Shown one piece after another: positions 50,306 through 60,615 of a stretch of 64,000 nt of DNA. The position numbers were made by a program, and so were the translations under genes. The stretch's first letter is position 1, and each line of letters opens with the position of its first letter. The notes under the pieces were generated by a model. The model was not told the origin of the DNA. It did not search any database and worked only from the letters and a program-made list of their open reading frames with translations. The DNA is from an uncultured delta proteobacterium (GTDB lineage Bacteria > Desulfobacterota > Binatia > Bin18): assembly GCA_963733195.1 (NCBI GenBank), contig CAVTCR010000009.1, forward strand, positions 33,979 to 97,978. Reading direction: 5' to 3'.

Positions 50306-51448
50306 CTACCTTTTCCTTCTCGTACCGAGGGCAGCCCCGGTCAGCGCAAAATGCGTCCCCGGAAGCTGTGTCACTCCACCTTTTAGTTCTAGCCCAAGGA
50401 GGATCTCAAGCACACGTGCGGCACCTAAGCCGCTTTTCCCAATCAAAACATCTACGTGTATCGGATCATCACTAAATAATGCCACCAATTGTTTTTCGTG
50501 TGGTTCAAGGTCAAGCGACGGAATGGTTGGAACTGTAGGCGTAGAGACGAGCGTTGGCGCAATCTCATTCAAAATATCCTCTACTCCTTCAACCAGCTTC
50601 GCTCCTTCCTTAATCAATCGGTGCGGACCGCGACTGCGATCTGACGTTACATTCCCTGGTACCGCAAATACTTCACGATTTTGCTCGAGAGCGCAACGGG
50701 CGGTAATAAGTGACCCGCTTTTTTCGTTTGCTTCGACGACCACAGTTCCCAAGGTAAGACCGCTAATCACGCGATTACGATAGGGAAAGTGCATCGCATC
50801 GGGTTTGCTGCCGAGCGAGAACTCGGACACCAATGCACCATGAGTTGTCACCTCCTGTGCCAAGCTCCGATGTTCACTCGGATAGATCACATCTACGCCT
50901 GACCCTAAAACCGCTAGTGTTCTACCTCCGACGGCAATCGTTGCGCGGTGCGCTTCAGCGTCGACGCCACGAGCTAATCCGCTCACGATGGTGACACCTT
51001 TTTCTGCCAAACCGCGAGCAAGCTCACGAGCCATCGTGCGTCCATACGTGCTCGCCGAACGCGAGCCCACAATAGCAATAGCAAAACGATCCGTCGGGAG
51101 TAGGTCTCCGTGGACATACAAAAACGGTGGTGGATCATGAAGATGGGTGAGATTGATCGGGTAATTGTCATCGGTTCGTGTCACTAGTCGTGCGTGGGTA
51201 CGTGTAAGTTTTTGCAGCTCCGTTTCTACCGTTTTCCATTGGTCGAATGCGGCAATAGCCTGAGCAACAGTGGGATGGATTCCGGCATCTACTAACGCTG
51301 AAACTGGCGTTTTGAAGATGACATCCGGTGACTGAAAACGTTCAAGAAGTTCACGATACGTGACATTCCCCACCCCGCGCACCAGTCGGAGAGCCAGCCA
51401 GTAGCGCCACAGCTCTGGTTGCCCTTTCCCTGCCTGCATTTCTCCCAT
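50306..51448 (-). CDS. dprA: DNA-processing protein DprA (Smf)
   Basis: Rossmann-like DprA core (IVGSRSASTYG...IVSGLARGVD). It lies 5 bp upstream of topA, the usual dprA-topA arrangement. Confidence 0.9.
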   Translation of the reverse strand: MGEMQAGKGQPELWRYWLALRLVRGVGNVTYRELLERFQSPDVIFKTPVSALVDAGIHPTVAQAIAAFDQWKTVETELQKLTRTHARLVTRTDDNYPINLTHLHDPPPFLYVHGDLLPTDRFAIAIVGSRSASTYGRTMARELARGLAEKGVTIVSGLARGVDAEAHRATIAVGGRTLAVLGSGVDVIYPSEHRSLAQEVTTHGALVSEFSLGSKPDAMHFPYRNRVISGLTLGTVVVEANEKSGSLITARCALEQNREVFAVPGNVTSDRSRGPHRLIKEGAKLVEGVEDILNEIAPTLVSTPTVPTIPSLDLEPHEKQLVALFSDDPIHVDVLIGKSGLGAARVLEILLGLELKGGVTQLPGTHFALTGAALGTRRKR

Positions 51449-51559
51449 CTCGCTTACGCTACCCTTTCTCGGCTCACACTCTTGCCTTTATTTAAACACG
51501 AACCAACAGAGTGTCTAGAAACAGAAAGATAATCAGCGAAGAAGAGAGACATAAAAATG

Positions 51560-51725
51560 ATGACACAAAGCTGTTGTGGATGCAAAGAAGGCAAAATAAT
51601 GAACAGTGGAAAATTGAGAATGAAAAGTTAAGAATTCAGCAATGAGTATTCCCTGTAGCCTTTTCATCATTCTCCACTCTCCATTCTCCATTCTTCCTTT
51701 CCTCCCATCCCTTGACTCCTCCGGC
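51560..51725. repeat. Purine-rich then pyrimidine-rich imperfect palindrome in the dprA/argS divergent region; contains the GAATTGAGAATGAA bipartite motif
   Basis: GGAAAATTGAGAATGAAAAGTTAAGAATTCAGCAATGAG...CTTTTCATCATTCTCCACTCTCCATTCTCCATTCTTCC. It ends about 50 nt before the argS ATG. Confidence 0.5.
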
Positions 51726-51774
51726 ATTGTCCTGAAAGCTGGAGCTGATCGCTAAAAACTGAGAACCTTGTATC

Positions 51775-53493
51775 ATGCCGACAATTACACAGTTACTCGA
51801 AGAAAAAACCTCGCAAGCGCTGACTGTTGTGAGTGGCACCCAGGCCCCAGCCTTGGTCCAACCTACAGCAAATCCGCAGTTTGGTGATTATCAAGCGAAC
51901 GGCGTTATGGCTGTTGCGAAGGCACAGAAGATGAACCCGCGTGAGCTGGCACTGAAAGTGATTACGCAGTTCAATCCCACTGAACTGCCAGCGACCTGCG
52001 AAATCGCCGGTCCTGGGTTCATTAACTTTCGCCTTGATCCCAACTGGCTAAGTCGGACCATGTTAGCGACGGCGCTGGACGAACGTCTTGGTGTCGAACG
52101 AGCCGCACGACCAGAAACTATTATCGTCGATTTTAGCGCCCCCAATACTGCGAAGCCGATGCATGTCGGTCATATTCGTACAACCATTATTGGCGATGCG
52201 TTGGCAAAAGTGTTCTCTTTCCTTGGTCATCGTGTCGTCACAGATAATCATGTTGGCGATTGGGGCACGCAGTTCGGTATGTTGATCGTTGGTTATCGTA
52301 CGGTTCTCGATCGCGCTGCGTACGAGCGTGATCCGATCGCAGAATTAGAACGGGTTTACAAAACTATCCAAGCTCAGGCGAAGGCCAATCCTGCTGTAGG
52401 CCAGCAAGCCCGTGAGGAACTCGCCAAACTTCAGAAGGGCGACCCTGAGAATCTTGCGTTATGGAAAGAATTTACCACTGTCTCGCGTAGAGTATTTGAA
52501 CGTGTCTATAGTCGCTTACACATCCAGTTTGATCACTGGCTGGGTGAAAGTTTTTATAATCCGATGCTGCCTGGCGTTGTCCAAGATTTACGAGAAAAAG
52601 GACTCGCTCAGCCAAGCGACGGGGCGATATGCATCTTTTATGAAGATGATCCTGATTTGAACAGCACTCCGTTTCTGGTTCAGAAACAAGACGGAGCCTT
52701 TCTTTACGCGACGACCGACTTGGCAACGATTAAGTATCGAGTTGAAACCTTTCATCCTGATCGCATCATTTACGTTGTCGACAGCCGCCAGCAGTTACAT
52801 TTCCGCCAGTTGTTTGCCGCAGCCCGGCGGTGGGGCTACACGATGACGCTGGAACATGTGGGCTTTGGCACGATCCTCGGTGAGGATGGTAAGCCAATCA
52901 AAACCAGAGAAGGGGAGCCGATTAAGCTGGAAGCTTTGCTGAATGAAGCCGAAGAACGCGCACGGGCAATCGTACGCGATAAAAATCCGAGTCTGTCAGA
53001 GGACGAGCAAGCGCATATTGCCCGTGTGGTTGGCATCGGTGCGGTAAAGTATGCGGACCTCATGCAGAATCGTACGGCGGATTATCGCTTCAGTTGGGAT
53101 AAAATGCTCGCCTTTGATGGTAATACCGCGCCGTATTTGCAGTACGTCTACGCGCGAATTCGTTCGATCTTTCGCAAAGGTGAGCTTGAACAGTGGAAAC
53201 CTGAGCCGAATATGGAGGTCCGACTGACTGCGCCTGAAGAACTCGATCTGGCGAAGCAGATGCTCCGTTTTGGCGATGTGCTATTGGAAGTCGAGCGTAC
53301 TTATAAACCGAATATCCTCGCTGGGTTCTTGTACGATTTGGCTACCAAGTTCAACCTGTTCTATCAGGCACATGCAGTGCTCAAAGCCCCTGAAGAGGTG
53401 CGTCGGACGCGATTACTGCTCTGCGACCTCACCGCTCGTTATATCAAGAAGGGATTAGAGTTGTTGGGGATTGAGACGGTAGAAGCCATGTAA
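51775..53493 (+). CDS. argS: Arginine--tRNA ligase
   Basis: HIGH motif (PMHVGHIRTTIIGD), a KMSKS-like region and the DALR anticodon-binding C-terminus. 572 aa. Confidence 0.95.
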   Translation: MPTITQLLEEKTSQALTVVSGTQAPALVQPTANPQFGDYQANGVMAVAKAQKMNPRELALKVITQFNPTELPATCEIAGPGFINFRLDPNWLSRTMLATALDERLGVERAARPETIIVDFSAPNTAKPMHVGHIRTTIIGDALAKVFSFLGHRVVTDNHVGDWGTQFGMLIVGYRTVLDRAAYERDPIAELERVYKTIQAQAKANPAVGQQAREELAKLQKGDPENLALWKEFTTVSRRVFERVYSRLHIQFDHWLGESFYNPMLPGVVQDLREKGLAQPSDGAICIFYEDDPDLNSTPFLVQKQDGAFLYATTDLATIKYRVETFHPDRIIYVVDSRQQLHFRQLFAAARRWGYTMTLEHVGFGTILGEDGKPIKTREGEPIKLEALLNEAEERARAIVRDKNPSLSEDEQAHIARVVGIGAVKYADLMQNRTADYRFSWDKMLAFDGNTAPYLQYVYARIRSIFRKGELEQWKPEPNMEVRLTAPEELDLAKQMLRFGDVLLEVERTYKPNILAGFLYDLATKFNLFYQAHAVLKAPEEVRRTRLLLCDLTARYIKKGLELLGIETVEAM

Positions 53494-53672
53494 GCGTAAA
53501 ACGTGAAACGTAAGACGTAACCGCCACATTCCCTCCTTATTGGGCGGCCCGCAGTTGATTCGATTTCGCAGAAGTCGATTGCGATCTAAGTATGCGGCAG
53601 CGGAACACGAATTGATTTTGACTGTTGTTTCCACGCCGGTGGCTGAAAAAACAGCTGACAGCAGCAGTTTTC

Positions 53673-55396
53673 TCAGCGCCCCGATGCGGCGGCTGCGGCG
53701 ATCGCCGCGCCCATGCGCGGGTAGTCGTAGACTTCGACTTCGTCAATCTCGCCACGGAAGGCTTGGTTGGCCTTGTACCAGGTGCCCAGACGCAGCTGCC
53801 GCCAGGTCATGTCGGGCGGCGGAGCGCCCTTGGCACGGTCGGCCAGCATCCCATCGAGGTACAGCGAAAGGGACGCCTCTCCCGGGTCGTGCACAAGCGC
53901 CGCGTGGATCCACCGTTCCGCAGGCACCGAGCCAGGACGGGACAGCGCGTTGGCGCTCTCATTCTCGCCTGCCTCCTTGTTGCGCCGCGACACGGTGCCG
54001 TGCAATGCCCAGGGCTTATGCAGAGGACATCCCGGAGCCGTGATGGACAACGAGGCGTCTGTCGTGAGTGCGGCCAGCGTCTGCCAGCCGGAACCGCCCC
54101 GGTACGGGTTCGTCCAGTCGGCGCGCCTAAACCACAGCTCCAGCGTGAAGCCCTGGTCGAAGGAGGGTGCGTTGCTCAAAGGCAGGTCGATCCAGTCTTC
54201 TGTGCCTCCCACGAACAGTGCGCGCCCACTCATGCCCGGGACGAGACGCACCTCGTCGCCGCTGGCCTTCGCCTGAAGGCGCAGAGGCCCCTCGTCGTTG
54301 AAACTCTCGTCGAAGGACAATCTCAGCACCGGCGACGCCCCGCCGCCCACCGTTGGGCGGGCGGCACGCTGGAAAACGGCGTCTGCAGTCGGCGGCAAAG
54401 ACGCGCGTGGGACGATGGGCGCTTCATCGAGAGTCTTGAGTCTCACGCCGCGGATCGCGGGCTTCACGCCAGAAAGCGTCAGGACGGTGGCGCGCTCCGG
54501 CTCCGGGACGCTGACGCCGTCGGAGACGAACCAGGAGTCGTGAAATCCTCCGCGCGCCTCGGCATTGAGGTCGTGCGCGAAGCCGATCGGCTTGGCCACG
54601 AGACGGTATTCGCCAGGGCTCAGGAGTGCGAGGGAAAAGCGGCCCTGATGGTCGGTGCGAACTGAGTATTCCCGCCCTCCGTGCGCTGGCATGGCGAACA
54701 CCGACGCCATGGGATGCTCCCGACCGGACTTGATGACGCCCTCAATCGTGTAGAGACTGGGCGAGCCCGGCGACCACTTGGCGCGCAGGTCGGCGGCGTC
54801 CTGTTCGCCCAGCGCGGTGGGGTTGTCGCCGACAGCGCGTGGCCCACTGAACATGATCGAGCGCGGCGTCGCCGCGTGAGGTAGGCCCAGCGTGTGGCCG
54901 ATCTCGTGGGCCAGCGTGTCGAGTTGCATCGCCTTGGAGTTTCCGGCTGACGAAGAAATGGCCGCGCTTGTAGCCGCCAGGGATCGTCCCGCTGAATCCC
55001 CCGTGCGCCAGCTCGCCGTGGAAGTTGCGCTCGCCGTAGAGCACTGCGTGCACGCAGCCATCGTACGGGATTTGCGTCGTGCCGTCGTAGCCCGGGGCGT
55101 CGTGTCCCGCGAACTGGAAGCGCAAGGTACCCGCCGAGGCGTCTTCCCACAGTTTGAAAGCCCGCGCCAGCCGCTCGATGATCTCGGGCGAGGCCGGGAC
55201 CGCCCGGCCTCTGGGCGGCGTCCCACATCATAGATGTTGCCTTGTAGCAGATCACGTTCGCCGCGTGCCCTGGGACGGTGACCCCTACCACTAGCGTACC
55301 GACGAACGCAAATATTATTATGAGCTGCGCAAATCCGTCCCGTCTCGCATAGGCATACACAAGGGAGGGGACAAGCACTACGGCCAGCCCACTGAG
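53673..55396 (-). pseudogene. Zinc metalloprotease (HEIGHTLGLPH metzincin motif) with a membrane anchor and a C-terminal LamG/concanavalin-like domain; at least 3 frameshifts; lies within a high-GC (about 70-75%) segment
   Basis: A transmembrane N-terminus (MPSFIRRIGLSGLAVVLV) is at 55394. A matrixin-like segment (ARAFKLWEDASAGTLRFQFAG) in ORF 54742..55125 is followed by the zinc site LAHEIGHTLGLPH, a carboxypeptidase-regulatory-like segment and a LamG-like segment (GEIDEVEVYDYP). The frames are discontinuous. Confidence 0.6.
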
Positions 55397-55763
55397 GCCA
55401 ATCCGACGAATGAATGATGGCATGACGAGATCCCCCTGTGTTCGCGATGCCCACCCCTCGCCTGCGGAGCGGGCGCGCACTCTAGAGCAGTGGCATTCGG
55501 AGAGATCATCGACCAAACGTACACAGCCTTGAGCATCATACACACGACCACCACAGGAATTGTCTGTCCGCTCATGTGCATCCCCATCTAGAGATATTCC
55601 TCTAGACACTTGACCTTCGTCAGCAGAAACACAACAGTAGCAGATCATGTAACGGGTCGTCTCTCACGAAAGGAGCGTTTCATGAAGTTTTCTCTCTTTG
55701 ACATCATGCACTGACCAGGATGCACATGAGGTCCCTTATCCTTCCCATCAGAAAAAGGAGATA

Positions 55764-56594
55764 ATTATGCGACAAGTGCAGCGTACTTCAGGTCCCGTAT
55801 CCATCGCTTACGAAGTGCAAGGCAGCGGACCACTGGTTGTCTTTCTTCACGGTATTGGTGGGAACCGCACCAATTGGTATGAACAGCTCGATCATTTCGG
55901 TGATCGTTTCTGTGCTGTCACGTGGGATGCACGGGGGTATGGCGCAAGTGATGATTCACCGCAACCGTTGAAATTTAGCGATTATGCTGATGATCTGAAT
56001 CGTTTGCTCGATCATTTCAAAGCTGAGCGAGCGCATCTCGTTGGCTTATCGATGGGTGGCATGATTATCCAGGATTTTTACGATCGCTATCCGCAACCGC
56101 GTAGCAACATTATCACTAGTTGATACTTCAGCAGGCTTCGGTGTCGCTCCGGAAGAAGCAGAGCGGGATTTTTTGCCCGCCGACTCGATCCCTTAGAAAA
56201 AGGGTTAACTCCAACAGACATTGCTCCAGGGGTGGTCGAGGTGTTAGCGGGGAAGAGTGCCTCGGAAGCAATCCGAGCGAAACTGCGAGCGTCTATTTCC
56301 GCTTTACGAGTAGAGCCGTACAAACAAGCGCTTCATGCGATCATCACTACTGATTTTCGCTCGACATTACCAAAAATCGCTGTGCCCACACTTGTTATTG
56401 TCGGTGATGAAGATATTGTGACTCCACCACCAGCTTCAGATTTTCTAGTCGCGAACATTCCTGGTGCATCGTTAGTCACGATTCCACAAGCTGGACATTT
56501 GACCAACATCGAAAAGCCAGAAGCGTTCAAAGCCGCCCTACGGCCGTTTTTGGAGCAACATGCGCAGCGCGCATCGGTTGTGATCGGAAAGTGA
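55764..56594 (+). CDS. alpha/beta hydrolase, with a frameshift at about 56100-56230
   Basis: The N-terminal ORF carries HGIGGN and the nucleophile elbow GLSMGG. The C-terminal ORF carries the catalytic His region (IPQAGHLTNIEKPE). RBS AGGAG. Confidence 0.75.
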
Positions 56595-56739
56595 ACGGGA
56601 CTTCCGGAAAAGAGAGTGACAGAGACACCAGTAGTTCAACTGCTTCACCAAACTCCCAAACCGGCTTCACGCAAAACTTGCTAACCGGCAGAGTGCTGAT
56701 CTCGTGGTTATGAAGGTCAATGCTTTCACGTTCTCCCTT

Positions 56740-57006
56740 TTACGCAGCAGTCTTCGTAAAATCCCGAACTGGGACGAGGAGTGTTTTTTCTACTGTCCTC
56801 TTGCGTCGTGCAATCACTTCCATCTTTTCTACGGTCGTCGCGTCATAATATCGCTCCCCGCAGCGCCGACAGACCCGCGCAGGAACATTCTCTATGAGGA
56901 CAAGCTTACCTTTATGGCGATAGTGAACTGTCACGGTTTTCATTCGCACCTGTCCATTGCAATACTCACAGATTTCATCTTGCATATTATTCTTCCTCCA
57001 CGGCAT
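56740..57006 (-). CDS. YgiT-type zinc-finger protein (MqsA-like, no HTH); putative antitoxin
   Basis: CEYCNG...VPARVCRRCGERYYD fits the YgiT/MqsA N-terminal zinc-ribbon pattern. The ATG at 56985 probably makes the true start MQDEICEYC. It overlaps the upstream toxin-like gene. Confidence 0.6.
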   Translation of the reverse strand: MPWRKNNMQDEICEYCNGQVRMKTVTVHYRHKGKLVLIENVPARVCRRCGERYYDATTVEKMEVIARRKRTVEKTLLVPVRDFTKTAA

Positions 57007-57274
57007 ACACCGTCAGAATTCGTAATTTTCCTGAAGCGAGAAAACGACAGACTACCTCTATCTCTCTTTCATCTTGCGCCTTTCCTCGCACCACATACCG
57101 GCTCCCGCGCGGATCATTGGTCAGAATCTGTACCACCCGCCCAGTCAAGATTGCGTCCCGCAAGTCTGCGACTGACAGATCGTCATCTTCTCGTTCTTCT
57201 TCTGCGTGGCCCGTGATCTCGTAATTCTTTGTTCGTATCCTGTCCCGAATTTCTCGAATGCCTTTTCGTGGCAT
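56987..57274 (-). CDS. DUF4258-like small protein; putative toxin partner of the zinc-finger protein
   Basis: 95-aa ORF immediately upstream of and overlapping the zinc-finger gene. This architecture is typical of DUF4258 / YgiT-zinc-finger pairs. The upstream region carries the direct repeats ATTCTCAATTC(TTC)ATTCTCAATTC. Confidence 0.5.
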   Translation of the reverse strand: MPRKGIREIRDRIRTKNYEITGHAEEEREDDDLSVADLRDAILTGRVVQILTNDPRGSRYVVRGKAQDEREIEVVCRFLASGKLRILTVYAVEEE

Positions 57275-57370
57275 GTTGGATTGACCTTCTGTTGCCTCTT
57301 TTTCTTATTCTCAATTCTTCATTCTCAATTCACTTCAGCCCCGCCTTGCGCAGGGCGGCAGCATAGCGCT

Positions 57371-59259
57371 CTATGACCGCTGGATCTTTGTAGGAAACTC
57401 CTTTGCTTCCACTCTCTCTAGCGAGAAATTGGGAATGATCCGCAGAATTTCTGCTCCTGCTGCCTTGGCCTCTTCCTCTCGTCCTAACTCACTATAGATG
57501 ACCGCTAAGCCCCAGTGGGCAGCCCAATGATCAGGGTTACGCGCAAGGATTTTCTTGAAAATCGCGACTGGCTTCCTCATACTGCCCTGCGAAAACGTAG
57601 GCTTGGCCTAATGCGTTCAAGACGGGCAAGTGCTGAGGGTCCAGACGCACGGCCTTCTTCGCTGCAGCAATGGCTTCCTGCGGCCTTCCCGCTACTCTGG
57701 AGAACAAACGACAGCCCCTGATAGCCAAGAGCAGAGTTGGGATTGAGCGTAATGGCCCGCTCCATTTCAGTCTGGGCTTGGTCATGCTGTTTTTCCACAG
57801 ATAGACAAATCCCAGGACCGCATGGGCTAGGGCAGGAGTCATCCAAGGCCACCGCCTTCTGCGCTAACTCAAAAGCCTGCTCTAGGGTCTGATCCGGCCC
57901 TCCATACTGGAACCACTCCGTCCAGTAGGTCTGACTCAGCCCCGCGTACGCTCCCGCATACTGTGGGTCCAGCTCCATGGCTTTCTCAAACATCTGCCGC
58001 GCTTGCGCATTCGCTTCTTTCTTCGCCTCGTAGAATGCACGGAGAATAGACTCCAACCCGCGCAAGTAGAAGTCATAGGCTTCCAGGTTGTTGGTCGGAG
58101 CACGCTGAAAACGTGCTTGCTCCTCTGGCGTCAGCTTCACTTTCAGTGCGAACACGATCTTCTGCCGGATCTCATCCTGCAGGGCGAAGATGTCTGCAAG
58201 CGGTCGGTCATAGCGCTCGGACCAGAGATGCCCTCCTGTGACAGCATCGATTAACTGTGTCGTGATCCGCACTTGGTCGCCTGCCTTGCGCACACTGCCT
58301 TCCAAGACGTACTGCACGCCCAACTCTTTACTCACCTCTTGTACCTTCACTGCTTTGCCTTTGTAGGTGAAGGCAGAGTTGCGGGCGATGACGAAGAGAC
58401 TGGAGATGCGTGGAGAGATCGGTGGTGATGTCCTCGGTGATACCATCGCTGAAATACTCTTGCTTGGGATCGTCGCTCATGTTGACAAAGGGCAAGCACG
58501 ACGATGGAGGGTTTGTCCGGTAACGGCAGGGACTCTTGCGTGCTGCGTGTTAGGTGTTAGGTGTTCGGAGAAGGAGCAGGAAATATCGCATGGCGATGGA
58601 GGTACCGGCAATGAGGAGCCAGCGCCACTATTGCCACTCAGTAGTGGCCAGGCGCAACCGCTGTGAGAGTTTCAGACGCTGGACTTGCAGGGTCTGCCGC
58701 ACGCCTGTGGGTGCTCGGGCAAAGGGCATAGACTTGGAAGCGTTCGGCGATGTTCTTGAGCTTCGGCTTGCCTAGCGAGACTACCGTTCCCAAGTCCAGC
58801 TTCTTGACCACATCGCGATAGACCACGTCTGAGATACAGATACGTGTCCGGCTCAGCTAGTGCCTGTAAACGTGAGGCAATGTTCACCCCATCACCGAAC
58901 ACATCGCCATCCCGTTGGACGACATCGCCCGAATGGATGCCAATGCGCACGTGAATCTGTTCGGCTGCCTCTTTCTCGGCGTTATGCGTCCGCAGCTGGG
59001 TGTGAATCGACTGCGCGCACTGCACGGCATGGACGACGGAAGGAAAATCCACCAGGAAGGCATCGCCCACGGTCTTGATTACCGTCCCATGATGTTCAGC
59101 AACCGCCTGTTGGATAATCTGATTGTGAACATCCAACAACCGCAGCATACGGGATTCATCCCTGCCCATCTGACGGCTAAAACCGACGATGTCGGTGAAC
59201 ATGATCGCAGCTAATCGCCGACTCTCTGCATGTCCCGCGCTGCCGGTCTCTTCCTTCAT
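57371..59259 (-). pseudogene. Class III adenylate cyclase (CHD) - TolB-like - TPR protein, decayed by at least 4 frameshifts
   Basis: The CHD domain (FTDIVGFSRQMG...GIHSGDVVQRDGDVFGDGVNIASRL) is in 58672..59259. The TolB-N-like and TPR segments are in 57577..58446. Further TPR pieces are in 57537..57842 and 57371..57580. Confidence 0.7.
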
Positions 59260-59391
59260 GGGGGTGGATTATTCTGCTGGTGTTGCCTGGCTGTCAACTG
59301 TTTTCCATCTCTTAGGAATCTCCAAGTATCCAGCTTCTCTCAGCACGTTCCACACGCGACGCGGAAGATTCCTCTCTTTATGCGAGAAAGA

Positions 59392-60549
59392 CTACTCCCA
59401 CGCCGTCTCGACATCTCCTTTGCGTAACTGATGGGCAATCACAATTTGTTGTACTTCACTGGAGCCGTCGTAAACACGGGCGACACGGAGATCGCGCCAG
59501 ATGCGTTCAATCATGTACTCGGCGCGGATGTAGCCGTTACCGCCGAAGATTTGCAGTGCATCATCAACCGTTTGCCACGCACTTTCGGCGGCAAGGAACT
59601 TGGCCGTGGAAGATTCGCGTAGCGCTTGTTTTCCTTGATCCAGCAACCACGCTGAGCGGTAAACGACCAGTCGTGAGGCGTCGGTGCGGGCACTCATTTG
59701 CGCAAAACGAAAGGCGATTGCTTGATGATCAGCGAGCGGCTGGCCGAAAGTTTTGCGTTCAGCTCCATACTCTAGAGCCAGTTCCATTGCTTTCTGTGCT
59801 GCCCCGACACAACGAGAAGCGAGGGTTGTTCGACCTTCGGCAAGACAACGTTTCGCATAATCAAAGCCTTTGCCTTCTTCGCCGACGAGCGCTTCGACGG
59901 GAACCCGACAGTCTTCCAAGACGACTTCGGAGAGTGCACCACCGACGTGGCCGATCGTGTCGAAGACCTGGCCAATCGAGAGACCTGGAGAGTCGGCATC
60001 GACAATAAACGCAGAAATTCCTTTGTTGGTGCGCGCAAACAGAAAGAAGTGATGTGCTTTGGGGGCGTTGGTAATGAAAACTTTGCGACCATTGAGGATG
60101 TAGTGGTCGCCTTTGCGTTCGGCTTTACTCTGAATGGCACCGGCATCGGACCCAGCCCCAGGTTCGGTCAACGCGAACGAGCCGATCCATTCACCAGTAG
60201 CCATTTTGGGAAGATACTTTTGTTTCTGGTCCTCATTGGCAAACCGCACGATACCGACACAGCCAATACCAGTGTGGACACTGAGGAAACTTGCCAGTCC
60301 CCAGGGCCCACGACCCATCATCTCGTGGACGAGTGCTTTCTGGACAACCGAAAAGCCCAACCCGCCATAGTCAGGGGGAATGCTCAGTCCGAACAGGCCC
60401 AGCTCTTTCATGCCATCGACGAGATGTTGCGGAATCTCGCCGGTCTTTTCGATTTCTTTCCAGACGGCGTTAGCTTTTTCTTCGACAAAGCTGCGCACCG
60501 ATTGCTGCAATACGCGGTCCTCTTCGGAGATAGTGAAGTCCATGATCAC
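59392..60549 (-). CDS. Acyl-CoA dehydrogenase
   Basis: 385-aa ACAD with a C-terminal YDGSSEVQQIVIA motif. Confidence 0.85.
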   Translation of the reverse strand: MIMDFTISEEDRVLQQSVRSFVEEKANAVWKEIEKTGEIPQHLVDGMKELGLFGLSIPPDYGGLGFSVVQKALVHEMMGRGPWGLASFLSVHTGIGCVGIVRFANEDQKQKYLPKMATGEWIGSFALTEPGAGSDAGAIQSKAERKGDHYILNGRKVFITNAPKAHHFFLFARTNKGISAFIVDADSPGLSIGQVFDTIGHVGGALSEVVLEDCRVPVEALVGEEGKGFDYAKRCLAEGRTTLASRCVGAAQKAMELALEYGAERKTFGQPLADHQAIAFRFAQMSARTDASRLVVYRSAWLLDQGKQALRESSTAKFLAAESAWQTVDDALQIFGGNGYIRAEYMIERIWRDLRVARVYDGSSEVQQIVIAHQLRKGDVETAWE

Positions 60550-60615
60550 TCCTTGGATGGAAGCAGAAGGCGACCGAGACGGTCGCGCTCCCAGGTCAAA
60601 GAGAACATTACCGAT

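Noticed and set aside
53625-54665. Long plus-strand ORFs (53625..54665, 53540..54043, 53767..54276) overlapping the metalloprotease region
   Set aside because: They are antisense to a protein with clear motif-level homology (HEIGHTLGLPH, LamG). They lie in 70-80% GC DNA, where stop codons are rare on every frame. Their translations are Arg/Ala/Pro-rich low-complexity sequence with no recognisable domain.
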